Source: a virus (taxonomy: Duplodnaviria > Caudoviricetes). Taken from it: a DNA stretch of 50,655 bases. Each line of letters begins with the position of its first letter. Position 1 is the first letter of the stretch. The notes under the pieces were generated by a model. It ran no database searches. It saw only the letters and a list, made by a program, of their open reading frames with translations, and was not told where the DNA came from. The stretch lies in the IMG/VR virus record IMGVR_UViG_3300025595_000005, positions 1-50,655 of that record; one strand, 5' to 3'. Of this stretch, positions 24,344 through 32,660 are shown one piece after another. The position numbers and the translations under genes were made by a program.

Positions 24344-24469
24344 TTAACAAGCATTCGGATAATTACAGAACTCACAATGCCACGCATGGTCATGCCAGAA
24401 CACCGGATTGGCGCATACAGGACACTCTGGTATGCGAATGTTAGGGCTATCTAGATCATCATCATTCAT
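24344..24469 (-). CDS. Small zinc-ribbon protein (41 aa, not in the ORF track)
   Basis: CPVC...CEFC; SD GGAG immediately after the tRNA CCA. Confidence 0.55.
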   Translation of the reverse strand: MNDDDLDSPNIRIPECPVCANPVFWHDHAWHCEFCNYPNAC

Positions 24470-24483
24470 GATTTTCTCCAAAT

Positions 24484-24557
24484 TGGTTCGGGGATAAGGA
24501 TTTGAACCTCAGTTGACGGAGTCAGAGTCCGTAGTCCTACCGCTAGACGATCCCCGA
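24484..24557 (-). tRNA. tRNA-Gln(CUG)
   Basis: Cloverleaf: TCGGGGA/TCCCCGA acceptor stem, ACGGA-CTCTGAC-TCCGT anticodon arm, GGTTCAAATCC T arm, encoded CCA. Confidence 0.95.
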
Positions 24558-24561
24558 ATTG

Positions 24562-24735
24562 TTATTTTTTCTCTTCTTCTTTGTAGCCTATAGGCGACAT
24601 TACGTTGTGAAACTTTTCGGCTTCCCTGACACCTTGGATGAAGCTGGATTTATGGAAAACCCATCCTTTGGCCTCTATGACTTTTTTAGAATAATCACAA
24701 AGGCGCTGTAGATCTTCTCCAATCCTACCGTTCAT
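24562..24735 (-). CDS. Small hypothetical protein (57 aa, not in the ORF track)
   Basis: Contains FIQGVREAEKFH, a module shared with the 23397 and 23782 proteins. Confidence 0.55.
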   Translation of the reverse strand: MNGRIGEDLQRLCDYSKKVIEAKGWVFHKSSFIQGVREAEKFHNVMSPIGYKEEEKK

Positions 24736-24955
24736 TGGCAAGGCTTAGGTTCAATTGCTTCATGGTGTATTGAGTGCAACGGGCTTTTATGCCAACAGCG
24801 TCAGTTGCCGTGCATTCAAAAGAGTTGCTATTGATAGATACCATTTCTTCACTTGTTGCAACATATCGAAGCGACATGGCGCTGATAGCAACAATTAAAA
24901 ACCATGCCCAGCCGCCATCAATGACCCAAGCACCTACTTTTTCTAGTAATTTCAT
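24725..24955 (-). CDS. Membrane-anchored hypothetical protein
   Basis: N-terminal TM helix followed by a FECT..CTQY Cys pair. Confidence 0.55.
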   Translation of the reverse strand: MKLLEKVGAWVIDGGWAWFLIVAISAMSLRYVATSEEMVSINSNSFECTATDAVGIKARCTQYTMKQLNLSLANER

Positions 24956-25176
24956 TGTTCTTGCCCCAATAATGATTTGTGTTCTTGCCAGCAATGATCT
25001 ATGTGTTGTTCTAGTAAAAACTTAGCTTTAATAGGATCTGTACAAAGTGTGTACAAGATTTCTTCAATGACCAAACGGTTATCAAGGATCTCAACAATTG
25101 TGTTGTCTTCTTCCCACTCTTGACGGGCTTTAAAGTCCGCGCTGCTAATGATTTTTTTAAGCGTAGACATATCCAT
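24952..25176 (-). CDS. Hypothetical protein
   Basis: Coupled ORF in the leftward operon. Confidence 0.5.
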   Translation of the reverse strand: MDMSTLKKIISSADFKARQEWEEDNTIVEILDNRLVIEEILYTLCTDPIKAKFLLEQHIDHCWQEHKSLLGQEQ

Positions 25177-25339
25177 TGCCGCTCATCTCTTTCATTTTGT
25201 TGATAGATGTTTCGATAAGAACATAGCCACAAATAAGGGCATTCCGTTCTTCATCAGACTTTGCAACTTTGCTCATATCTCTCAAAACCAGAGCATGTGC
25301 AGTGCGTTCTTTGATGATTGCTTGAAGTGTTTCTGACAT
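25157..25339 (-). CDS. Hypothetical protein
   Basis: Start MSETLQ with SD GGAG. Confidence 0.5.
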   Translation of the reverse strand: MSETLQAIIKERTAHALVLRDMSKVAKSDEERNALICGYVLIETSINKMKEMSGNGYVYA

Positions 25340-25340
25340 C

Positions 25341-25604
25341 TTATAACTCCGGTATAAATGATTCGGTTTCTTTTCTACGCTGTTCAGCCCGAATGTGAAC
25401 TTGCAATGCCCTAGCTGAGAAGATTCCCCAGCGTGAAAACAAACCCTGCATGTCCTGGCGGTCAATGCCAGCGTTCTCAAACATCTTGTTTAGCTGGTGA
25501 AGTGTCTTTTGCTCACACTTTTTAGGCGTGATGCCGCTTTTAAGGGCCTTCCTTGCCACTTCGTCTTTACAAGGTTCATAGGTGTAATCCGTGATCTTGT
25601 TCAT
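25341..25604 (-). CDS. Hypothetical protein, first gene of the leftward arm
   Basis: 87 aa directly downstream of the leftward promoter. Confidence 0.55.
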   Translation of the reverse strand: MNKITDYTYEPCKDEVARKALKSGITPKKCEQKTLHQLNKMFENAGIDRQDMQGLFSRWGIFSARALQVHIRAEQRRKETESFIPEL

Positions 25605-25646
25605 GCTTCTCTCTTGTTGATTGCTGGGTCACACCCAGTGATTGCA

Positions 25647-25675
25647 ATGCTAGACACGGTAAGACAGGATGTCAA
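25647..25675 (-). promoter_or_regulatory. Leftward sigma70 promoter
   Basis: TTGACA-N17-TAGCAT. Confidence 0.7.
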
Positions 25676-25680
25676 TAGAC

Positions 25681-25708
25681 TTGACAAAAATAATTTGTGT
25701 GGCAGAAT
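25681..25708 (+). promoter_or_regulatory. Rightward sigma70 promoter, back-to-back with the leftward one
   Basis: TTGACA-N16-CAGAAT with TGn extension. Confidence 0.65.
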
Positions 25709-25714
25709 TTCACT

Positions 25715-26080
25715 GTCAGCGTGCAAACTGATGAAAGCCGATTGAACTGTCCCTGCCCCTTGTGCGAATGTTTTCGTTAAAAGAGGGGTTTGCACCGGGG
25801 GCAGTATCAATCGGTTTTTTATTGCTTGTTGTCCAGCCTGATGCGCTGTGAGTTTGTGAGGGGTTTACGTCCCTGCCCATCAGAAAAGCGTGGAAGATAA
25901 CGCTCCAGGTACACCTACTGGATGCGGGTCAGACTTAGCAAGGGTACTGACTAAAAGAGCGTCCCCGTGGAAAACCGCCCTGCGCTCACTAAACAGAACT
26001 GCTACTCCGGTCACCTGGGGCTAACAATAGCTTGGGGAAAGTGGAAGAGATCTCAATTTTAGAGTTCCCTCCACCTTGGG
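25715..26080 (+). ncRNA. Putative structured non-coding leader (C4/attenuator-like 5' part)
   Basis: No + strand ORF; long stem 25734-25745/25807-25818 ending in a T run, plus at least six further hairpins. Confidence 0.5.
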
Positions 26081-26113
26081 TAGGATATGGTCTGAAAAAA
26101 TAACGGAAGTCTT

Positions 26114-26590
26114 ATGAAAATAGTGAAAATCACTACTGATATGTTGTTACTGGCGGCAATTATCGGGGGATTTAGGACGTTGACGGCCAGAAATTGCGGA
26201 GTGGCTGACCGTAAGATTGGGAAACAATCAGGTCTTGAAGGGGATCAGGATGGCTTTCTTGGTGAGCTAGCCTTTTGTCAAATGATGAACGTCTATCCAG
26301 ATCTTGGGCTGACTCCACGATCAGGATCAGCAGATGCAGTTGTTGAGAAAGATGGCAAGAAATTTAATTTTGATGTTAAGACCACCAGGGTATTGACAGG
26401 ACGACTTCTGGCGACTAAAAAGTTAAACGAAGACGTAGACATCTACGCTCTGGCTATCATCGACGGCGATGAGGTTAAATTTCCTGGCTATGCTTTGGCT
26501 GAAGATCTCTGTAGAGAGGAGAATTTGACCGACTTAGGGCATGGCAAAGGATATGCTTTAAAACAATCACAATTAAAGAAGTGGACATGA
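26114..26590 (+). CDS. Hypothetical protein, possibly PD-(D/E)XK fold
   Basis: G.LGELAF...D......FDVKTT pattern. Confidence 0.55.
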   Translation: MKIVKITTDMLLLAAIIGGFRTLTARNCGVADRKIGKQSGLEGDQDGFLGELAFCQMMNVYPDLGLTPRSGSADAVVEKDGKKFNFDVKTTRVLTGRLLATKKLNEDVDIYALAIIDGDEVKFPGYALAEDLCREENLTDLGHGKGYALKQSQLKKWT

Positions 26591-28062
26591 ACGTACAATT
26601 AAGAGACTACCAAGCGGAAGCTATGGTAAAGATAAGGGCGTCCTTCAAGGGCGGCAACAAAAGAGTGATGGTCTACAGCCCAACAGGTAGCGGCAAGGGG
26701 GAATTGGCAGTCGCGCTGGCCCAGTTGGCACAGATTAACGGAAAAAAAGTGCTATTTCTGGTCCACAGAAAAGACCTTGTGAAACAACAATGGGAGCGTT
26801 TCGCGAAGTATCAAATATTTCCTGGCGTGCTACAGGGACAGAACACTAATAAACCGCATTCAGCGATCACAGTTGGCTCAATACAGACCTTCGCCAGCCG
26901 TAAGAAATTTGGATGGCAGTTCGATTTTGACATGATCATCATCGATGAAGCGCATCTTTGCGGAGGCGGCAAGCAATACCATGAATTCCTACGGACCCAC
27001 TCTAATTTACCTGTTATTGGGCTAACCGCAACGCCATTTGCCAAAGGATTAGGCAAAAGCATGGGCTGGGGCCGCTTGTTTGAGGACTTTGTGATGGTGT
27101 CCACAATTCAGGACTTAATCAACAAAGGATTCCTAGTGGACTGTGAGATCTACGCCCCGTCAGAACCCGATTTGAGTAAGGTTAAGGTGGTTGCAGGGGA
27201 CTATCACAAAAAACAGCTTGGTGAGGCTGTGAATAAGACTGAACTAGTGGGGGACATAGTCAAACATTGGTTTAAGCTTGGCGACAATAAACAGACCATT
27301 GTTTTCGCTACAAACATTGATCACAGCAAGTCCATAGTCGAACAGTTCACCGCACATGGAATAGCTGCGGAGCATGTCGATTGTTACACCAAAGAAGAAC
27401 ATAGGAACAGTGCCATTGATCGTTTCAGGTCAGGTGAGATAAAGATATTGTCGAATGTTTCTTTGTTTGCTGAGGGCTTTGACGCTCCAGAAACAGCCTG
27501 TATGATACTTGCCCGCCCTACCCGCAGCCTTATACGCTACATTCAGATGATCGGTCGGGTGCTAAGACCAGCAGAAGGTAAAGCTATGGCCATCGTACTG
27601 GATCATTCAGGGTCTGTATCACGCCTTGGATTTCCTACTGATGACCTTCCACTTCACTTAGACACAGGAAACGCCGCTGATGCGCCTAAGAAAGAAAACA
27701 AGCCTAAAGAACCTAAGGTCTGCGTATCGTGCAAATATGTTGACAAGCGTAGACAGCACAAATGCCCCAAATGTGGTTTTGCTCCAGTGGCCAAAGCGCA
27801 GGGAATCGAACCCCTTGAAGGCACTTTACAGAAGATTGTCAAAATGCCTCACGAAGCCAAGCAACAAATCTACTCTGCCTTGGTGGCATTCGCCGCTATG
27901 AAGAACTATCAATTGGGTTGGGTTTCACACAAATTTAAGCGCATCACTGGCATATGGCCAAAGGATCTGAAGCCAGAACCTGGCCCCATTCCTGACTTTG
28001 TTCACAAGATCATCATTTCTGAGCAGATCAAATATTCATATTCAAAGAAGAGAGCGGCATGA
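26587..28062 (+). CDS. Superfamily 2 DEAH helicase with C-terminal Zn ribbon
   Basis: LRDYQ, PTGSGKG, DEAH, TAT, EGFD, QMIGRVLR, CVSC/CPKC. Confidence 0.9.
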   Translation: MNVQLRDYQAEAMVKIRASFKGGNKRVMVYSPTGSGKGELAVALAQLAQINGKKVLFLVHRKDLVKQQWERFAKYQIFPGVLQGQNTNKPHSAITVGSIQTFASRKKFGWQFDFDMIIIDEAHLCGGGKQYHEFLRTHSNLPVIGLTATPFAKGLGKSMGWGRLFEDFVMVSTIQDLINKGFLVDCEIYAPSEPDLSKVKVVAGDYHKKQLGEAVNKTELVGDIVKHWFKLGDNKQTIVFATNIDHSKSIVEQFTAHGIAAEHVDCYTKEEHRNSAIDRFRSGEIKILSNVSLFAEGFDAPETACMILARPTRSLIRYIQMIGRVLRPAEGKAMAIVLDHSGSVSRLGFPTDDLPLHLDTGNAADAPKKENKPKEPKVCVSCKYVDKRRQHKCPKCGFAPVAKAQGIEPLEGTLQKIVKMPHEAKQQIYSALVAFAAMKNYQLGWVSHKFKRITGIWPKDLKPEPGPIPDFVHKIIISEQIKYSYSKKRAA

Positions 28063-28643
28063 AAGTTTTAATAGCTTGTGAATTCTCTGGAATTGTAAGG
28101 CAGGCATTTCGCGCTAAAGGACACGATGCATGGTCTTGTGATTTGTTGGAAGCAGATGATGAATCTCCATTTCATATACAAGGGGATGTAAGAAAACAGT
28201 TGTTAAACAAATGGGATTTGATGATCGCTCATCCTCCATGCACCTATTTATCAGTATCTGGCATGCACTGGACTAAAAGAGGGCTTAGAGATCCTCAATT
28301 GACTGAAGACGCAATGGATTTTGTTACTTTCCTAATGAATGCTGACATTGAGAGAATTTGTATTGAGAACCCAGTATCAATCATTTCATCACGCATTAGA
28401 AAGCCTGATCAGATCATCCAACCTTGGTGGTTTGGTCATGACGCAAGTAAGAAGACATGCCTTTGGTTAAAAAACCTTCCTTCTTTAAAGCCAACAGATC
28501 AGCTACCAGGTGATAACAAAACCCGTAGGGCTAATCAAACGCCAAGCGGACAAAACAAGCTTGGACCCAGCGCGGATCGTTGGAAAGAACGTAGTAAAAC
28601 CTACACCGGAATAGCAAACGCAATGGCAGAACAATGGACATGA
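28059..28643 (+). CDS. Short C5 cytosine DNA methyltransferase-like protein
   Basis: ACEFSG (motif I variant), HPPC catalytic motif, IENP, RSKTY.GIA.AMA.QW. Confidence 0.7.
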   Translation: MKVLIACEFSGIVRQAFRAKGHDAWSCDLLEADDESPFHIQGDVRKQLLNKWDLMIAHPPCTYLSVSGMHWTKRGLRDPQLTEDAMDFVTFLMNADIERICIENPVSIISSRIRKPDQIIQPWWFGHDASKKTCLWLKNLPSLKPTDQLPGDNKTRRANQTPSGQNKLGPSADRWKERSKTYTGIANAMAEQWT

Positions 28644-29065
28644 ACATTCAAGATTTATACGAACTAGAGATCCTTATTGTTGGTTGTGCTTTAAATAACA
28701 GGCAGCATCTCAAGGCTGTGGCTACAATGCCTGAATATTTTGAGGATAAGTCATGTAGGGAAGTCATTGAGTACATCAACAAGGATCAGTCATTCAACCT
28801 GTATGACATGTGCGTAGAACTCAACATCAATTTTGAATTGGCAACATCTCTTCATGAGAACAGCTACTGCGATACCGATACTTATATCTATCGCGTTATA
28901 AAATTGGCTACTTGGCACAAAGCCCGTCAGTCAATCAGGGAAGAAATTAATGCCGCTCAACATGCCCTCAACACGGGCCTGATGCCTGAGCGTGTAGCAG
29001 AGATCCTTATAAATAACTTAGGAAAGATCCTTGACCAAGGAACAGTTTCAACAGTATCTCACTGA
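28640..29065 (+). CDS. Stand-alone DnaB N-terminal-domain-like protein
   Basis: E..IVG..L.N......PEYF.....R.V...I resembles the DnaB NTD; no RecA-like domain follows. Confidence 0.4.
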   Translation: MNIQDLYELEILIVGCALNNRQHLKAVATMPEYFEDKSCREVIEYINKDQSFNLYDMCVELNINFELATSLHENSYCDTDTYIYRVIKLATWHKARQSIREEINAAQHALNTGLMPERVAEILINNLGKILDQGTVSTVSH

Positions 29066-29282
29066 CAACGGATTAGATTATCATTTGGAGTTTGCTAGGG
29101 AAATTATGAAAGCTTTTGGCAAGCCCAAATCATATATGTTCACACATAATGGAGTACAGGTGTGGCCACCAAAGCAACCTACAACCTCTTTCACAAAGAA
29201 GCAAGAGAGAGGGCAGTCGAACACATACTCAACGCGCCTGATACCTACATCGTCACAGTCGGAGAGAGAACAAGATCATTAG
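29031..29282 (+). CDS. Hypothetical protein
   Basis: EFAREIMKAFGKP; overlaps the ninB-like ORF. Confidence 0.4.
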   Translation: MTKEQFQQYLTDNGLDYHLEFAREIMKAFGKPKSYMFTHNGVQVWPPKQPTTSFTKKQERGQSNTYSTRLIPTSSQSEREQDH

Positions 29283-29545
29283 AACAATCAGCAAAGCTTC
29301 ATGCTTTGTTTGACCAGATCAGTCGATCAGGACTTCATTGGGCTGGCCGCATGTTAACGTCTCAGCAATGGAAGATCCTATTAGTTTCTGGTCACTCTAT
29401 CGTTACGGGTGAAGGTGCTGACATCATCCCTGGTATAGAAAACGAACTGGTTAACTTAAGAGAATCGACATCCCGTATGACCATCTCCCGATTGAATAGC
29501 CTGATAACATATGTTGAGGCTTTCATGGTGGAGAACCATATATGA
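29162..29545 (+). CDS. ninB: NinB/Orf-like recombination protein
   Basis: RSLEQSAKLHA...W.G..L...QWK...STSRM motifs. Confidence 0.8.
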   Translation: MATKATYNLFHKEARERAVEHILNAPDTYIVTVGERTRSLEQSAKLHALFDQISRSGLHWAGRMLTSQQWKILLVSGHSIVTGEGADIIPGIENELVNLRESTSRMTISRLNSLITYVEAFMVENHI

Positions 29546-29847
29546 TTCGATCTAGAAAGTATCTAAACGCTGCTAGAGGACAGGATTGTCAGGTAAGGAT
29601 ACCCAGGCTATGCAATAGGGATTCCAACACCGTCATTGCCGCACATAGCAACAAAGGCAGGCATGGCAAAGGAACCAGCTTAAAGGCACATGATATATTT
29701 GTAACATGGTGTTGTTCTTCTTGTCACGATGCTTTGGATGGAAGAGTACAAACAGACTTAACGCCTGCTGAGATCCAAGATTTCTGGCAGTGGGGCTTTG
29801 AACGCACATTGGTTGAAGCCATTACACAAGGAATCATTAAGATATGA
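29542..29847 (+). CDS. YbcO/DUF1364-like His-Cys nuclease
   Basis: AARGQDCQVRIP..C......V.AH...G.G...K..D......CSSCHD..D. Confidence 0.8.
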   Translation: MIRSRKYLNAARGQDCQVRIPRLCNRDSNTVIAAHSNKGRHGKGTSLKAHDIFVTWCCSSCHDALDGRVQTDLTPAEIQDFWQWGFERTLVEAITQGIIKI

Positions 29848-30206
29848 AAAGGGGGAGGGTCGATGCAAACCAGAAAGAAATCACTCAGTTTTTTAGGGGG
29901 AGGGGGTTCGCTGTTGCGATTACTTCTGATCTTGGTAATGGTTTTCCTGACTTGGTTGTCTCTAAGGAGGGATACACCATCCTCATTGAAATCAAAGACG
30001 GAAGCAAGCCCCCTTCACAAAGAAGACTTACCGACGATGAAGAAACATTTCATGCTGGCTGGAAGGGACACATTGCTATCGTTAAAAGCGAACAAGATGT
30101 CATCTGGCTAGATTCACTCATAACAAAGAAGGCAGAAAATGAGCGTACTTACTTTTCTATTATTACTAGCGGGCTGGGTATTCCTGAGCGGCTGGCTGAT
30201 AAGTAG
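29844..30206 (+). CDS. VRR-NUC/Holliday-junction resolvase-like nuclease
   Basis: RVDANQ, GFPDLVV, IEIKDG, LT.DE..FH. Confidence 0.8.
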   Translation: MKRGRVDANQKEITQFFRGRGFAVAITSDLGNGFPDLVVSKEGYTILIEIKDGSKPPSQRRLTDDEETFHAGWKGHIAIVKSEQDVIWLDSLITKKAENERTYFSIITSGLGIPERLADK

Positions 30207-30226
30207 AGTATTCAAGGATCTTGATG

Positions 30227-30454
30227 ATGACTGAACGATACAAATCCGAATATCGCCCTGAATGGAAACTGATTGCTGACACTCCACCACCTGTATCCAC
30301 AAAGATACTTTTGAAGGCAAGAAATGGTGGTGCTGTCATTGGACAATACTATCCTGAAGGTGGCTTTGTAGCTTGGTGTGGCCTGCCAAAGTTCACAACA
30401 GAACAGAAACATAGACTTGAGATGATGCATGACCATTCAGTTTCCTCCCGATAG
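30227..30454 (+). CDS. Hypothetical protein (DUF551-like)
   Basis: W......PP...KILL...VAW.GLP pattern. Confidence 0.55.
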   Translation: MTERYKSEYRPEWKLIADTPPPVSTKILLKARNGGAVIGQYYPEGGFVAWCGLPKFTTEQKHRLEMMHDHSVSSR

Positions 30455-30851
30455 GGGGGTGGGTCCTTTTTTTCCACAAACTACCGCAATTTTTAACCAG
30501 GGGGGCAGGGTGTACCAAGAAGAAGCATTGAAAACCGCTAAGAGAGTCGATTTCACATATGACCTTAACCACGCAGCACTAGGCATAGGATCTGAGGCTG
30601 GTGAGTTCCTGAGCAGCGTTAAAGCGCATCTCATATACGGAAAACCGTTGGATAGAGAAAACCTTAAAGAAGAATTAGGTGATCTCATGTGGTTTATTAA
30701 CTTAGCTTGCGACACGCTTAACCTCACATGGGAAGAAATTCAGACCCATAACATCGATAAACTCAAAAAAAGATACCCTGAAAAATACACCGATCAAGCC
30801 GCCATCGACCGCCTAGATAAGCAAATCCTTAATAAGGAAACGCTAATATGA
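30429..30851 (+). CDS. MazG-like nucleotide pyrophosphohydrolase
   Basis: LG...EAGE....K....Y...EELGDLMWF...NI.KL..RYP. Confidence 0.85.
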   Translation: MTIQFPPDRGVGPFFPQTTAIFNQGGRVYQEEALKTAKRVDFTYDLNHAALGIGSEAGEFLSSVKAHLIYGKPLDRENLKEELGDLMWFINLACDTLNLTWEEIQTHNIDKLKKRYPEKYTDQAAIDRLDKQILNKETLI

Positions 30852-30918
30852 GCAAATGCTCTGTAAATACGACTCAATTGCACGTTTTTTGAGCTTTTCG
30901 ATACATTCTGCTATTCAA

Positions 30919-31044
30919 AAGCCCTAGATTATCATTTGCATCAAGCCTCAATTGATTCTAAGCCCTAATAATCCATAAAATCCCTAAGCCCTTGTCTTCA
31001 TAAGCCTTGATCATTATCGGGGCTTGTAGAGCCTTACAGGGCTT
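30919..31044. repeat. Cluster of AAGCCY heptamers
   Basis: Direct copies at 30919, 30943, 30960, 30986, 31002; inverted copies at 31019 and 31038. Confidence 0.5.
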
Positions 31045-31309
31045 TCGGAAATTCCCTCAGTTCCTTTCCATGTTTTCTATGTATACGTTCAATCTTTTCA
31101 AGGATAGCGCTTTCGATAAACGCGCTGCGATTAATGAGAAGCGATAAAGCCTCTATCGTTTCTTCTGTTAGATAAATATTGATCACACGCTTCTCAGGCT
31201 TTACCTTTTTTTTCTTTTCTAAAACAATGTCACGCTTAATAACTGGCGGTTTTTTTCGCTTTTTGGGCATGTAGGCGCTGAAATCAGCGCGTTTCTTTTT
31301 CTGTTCCAT
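31034..31309 (-). CDS. Basic protein with C-terminal ribbon-helix-helix-like motif
   Basis: INIYLTEETIEAL....NRSAFIESAI. Confidence 0.55.
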   Translation of the reverse strand: MEQKKKRADFSAYMPKKRKKPPVIKRDIVLEKKKKVKPEKRVINIYLTEETIEALSLLINRSAFIESAILEKIERIHRKHGKELREFPKAL

Positions 31310-31318
31310 ATGTGACCT

Positions 31319-31346
31319 AAAAAAAAGCCCCACAATGAGTGAGGCG
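31319..31346 (-). terminator. Rho-independent terminator
   Basis: GCCTCAC-TCATT-GTGGGGC followed by a T8 run. Confidence 0.75.
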
Positions 31347-31374
31347 CGGCTTAATAGCCTAGTTAGAGATATTC

Positions 31375-31560
31375 TTAAAAGTAATAGGGATCATATTCAA
31401 CGTCTGTAATATAAACATGAACATCAGTTATTTTACTGGCATTAAAACGCATGAAAGCCAGTTCCTGAGCCTCATCCGTTGTTTCGGCCTCAATTTCAAG
31501 ATATCTACCTTGATAGCAAACTAAATACGTCTGATTAAAATTCATTGTCATCGTTCTCAT
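31375..31560 (-). CDS. Early hypothetical protein
   Basis: IEAETTDEAQELA motif; start uncertain. Confidence 0.55.
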   Translation of the reverse strand: MRTMTMNFNQTYLVCYQGRYLEIEAETTDEAQELAFMRFNASKITDVHVYITDVEYDPYYF

Positions 31561-31756
31561 TTTCTTTTAATTCAAGAGTTTTTACATGGTCCCATGATCC
31601 ATCACGCCCATTCCAAAAATCGTCACAAGAATCATAAAGGCCAATTAATCCATCATCGACAACAAGCATTTGACCATTGGCTAAATGTACAAATGAAACG
31701 ATGATATTACCGCCAGTGTGAATGCCTTCTTCAATATTAATAATATGTTTTTTCAT
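31535..31756 (-). CDS. Early hypothetical protein
   Basis: IHTGGNI motif; SD GGAG before MKKH. Confidence 0.55.
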   Translation of the reverse strand: MKKHIINIEEGIHTGGNIIVSFVHLANGQMLVVDDGLIGLYDSCDDFWNGRDGSWDHVKTLELKENENDDNEF

Positions 31757-31786
31757 GCTATTGACTCCGCACATGGCGCTGAATTA

Positions 31787-32350
31787 TTAAAATGATGGAA
31801 ATGAACCAGATCCGTTTTTGTCTTTTTCTAAACCCATAATTAAACCCCGAATATCGCCAGACTCAAAAACCAATTTCCCAGAATCGTGCCATAGCTTCGC
31901 GCCATAAGCGCCGATTCCCATGAGTTTAGATATCTTCCCAACGATTGAGAAATACTCAGGGTTAACCCTGCAAGGCTTTCCATCCATCTCTGAGGGCCAT
32001 GCTTTGCTTGCGTCAGGAAAAACGCCATCCAAGGGTGTTACCGGTATTCCTGCTAGTGAATATCTTCCACCATCCAGAATATCTAAGCATAAGTCTACGG
32101 CTTTCCCTGCGACTTTTAAAGCAATATCAATTGACTCGCTTGGTATGATAATCTTGAATGGTTCGCATGGTTCGTTAAGCGTTTTAGTGTGAGTCAACAA
32201 TATGTGGCCGTTACTTGCTGTTAATCTTAAAGTTTCGCCATCACATAAAAACATCACACCTTTAAGCATGTAGCGTATATCCTTATCCGCGCATCCCATC
32301 CGGATTGATTTAAGAGCAGTGGTATTGATTGCAATTGATTGAGTGTTCAT
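31787..32350 (-). CDS. DNA polymerase III beta-clamp-like partial protein
   Basis: DIRYMLKGV, ASNGH.L, IIP, DGVFPD and GLIMG correspond to clamp domains 2-3. Confidence 0.65.
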   Translation of the reverse strand: MNTQSIAINTTALKSIRMGCADKDIRYMLKGVMFLCDGETLRLTASNGHILLTHTKTLNEPCEPFKIIIPSESIDIALKVAGKAVDLCLDILDGGRYSLAGIPVTPLDGVFPDASKAWPSEMDGKPCRVNPEYFSIVGKISKLMGIGAYGAKLWHDSGKLVFESGDIRGLIMGLEKDKNGSGSFPSF

Positions 32351-32392
32351 TGTTTTATCTCCAATTAGTGCGAAGTACTTGGCGCTTAGTGA

Positions 32393-32650
32393 TTAAATGA
32401 TAAAAGTATTAAAGTCGGCTATGGGAACAAAAACGTAGCCGACATTATTTGATCCGATAGACCATTCGTCACCCCACTTGATGCCGGTTTTTTCAATCAA
32501 TGTTTTCATAGCACTAATGTGGTTTTGGTCACAATTTAATGAATAATCCCAAGGAACAATGATTGACCCACACTGGCATGATGCCTTAATGCGTGATCCA
32601 CGGTTGTTGGTTGGCGATAAAAATTTAGTGCTGATATATGCTGATGACAT
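32393..32650 (-). CDS. Conserved early hypothetical protein
   Basis: I.TKFL.PTN.RGSRIKA...NH..A...L motif. Confidence 0.7.
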   Translation of the reverse strand: MSSAYISTKFLSPTNNRGSRIKASCQCGSIIVPWDYSLNCDQNHISAMKTLIEKTGIKWGDEWSIGSNNVGYVFVPIADFNTFII

Positions 32651-32660
32651 TGTTAGATCC

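Noticed and set aside
24484-24557. tRNA as attP site or suppressor indicating a recoded genome
   Set aside because: No integrase is recognisable, the anticodon is CUG (Gln), and genes end normally at TAA, TAG and TGA.
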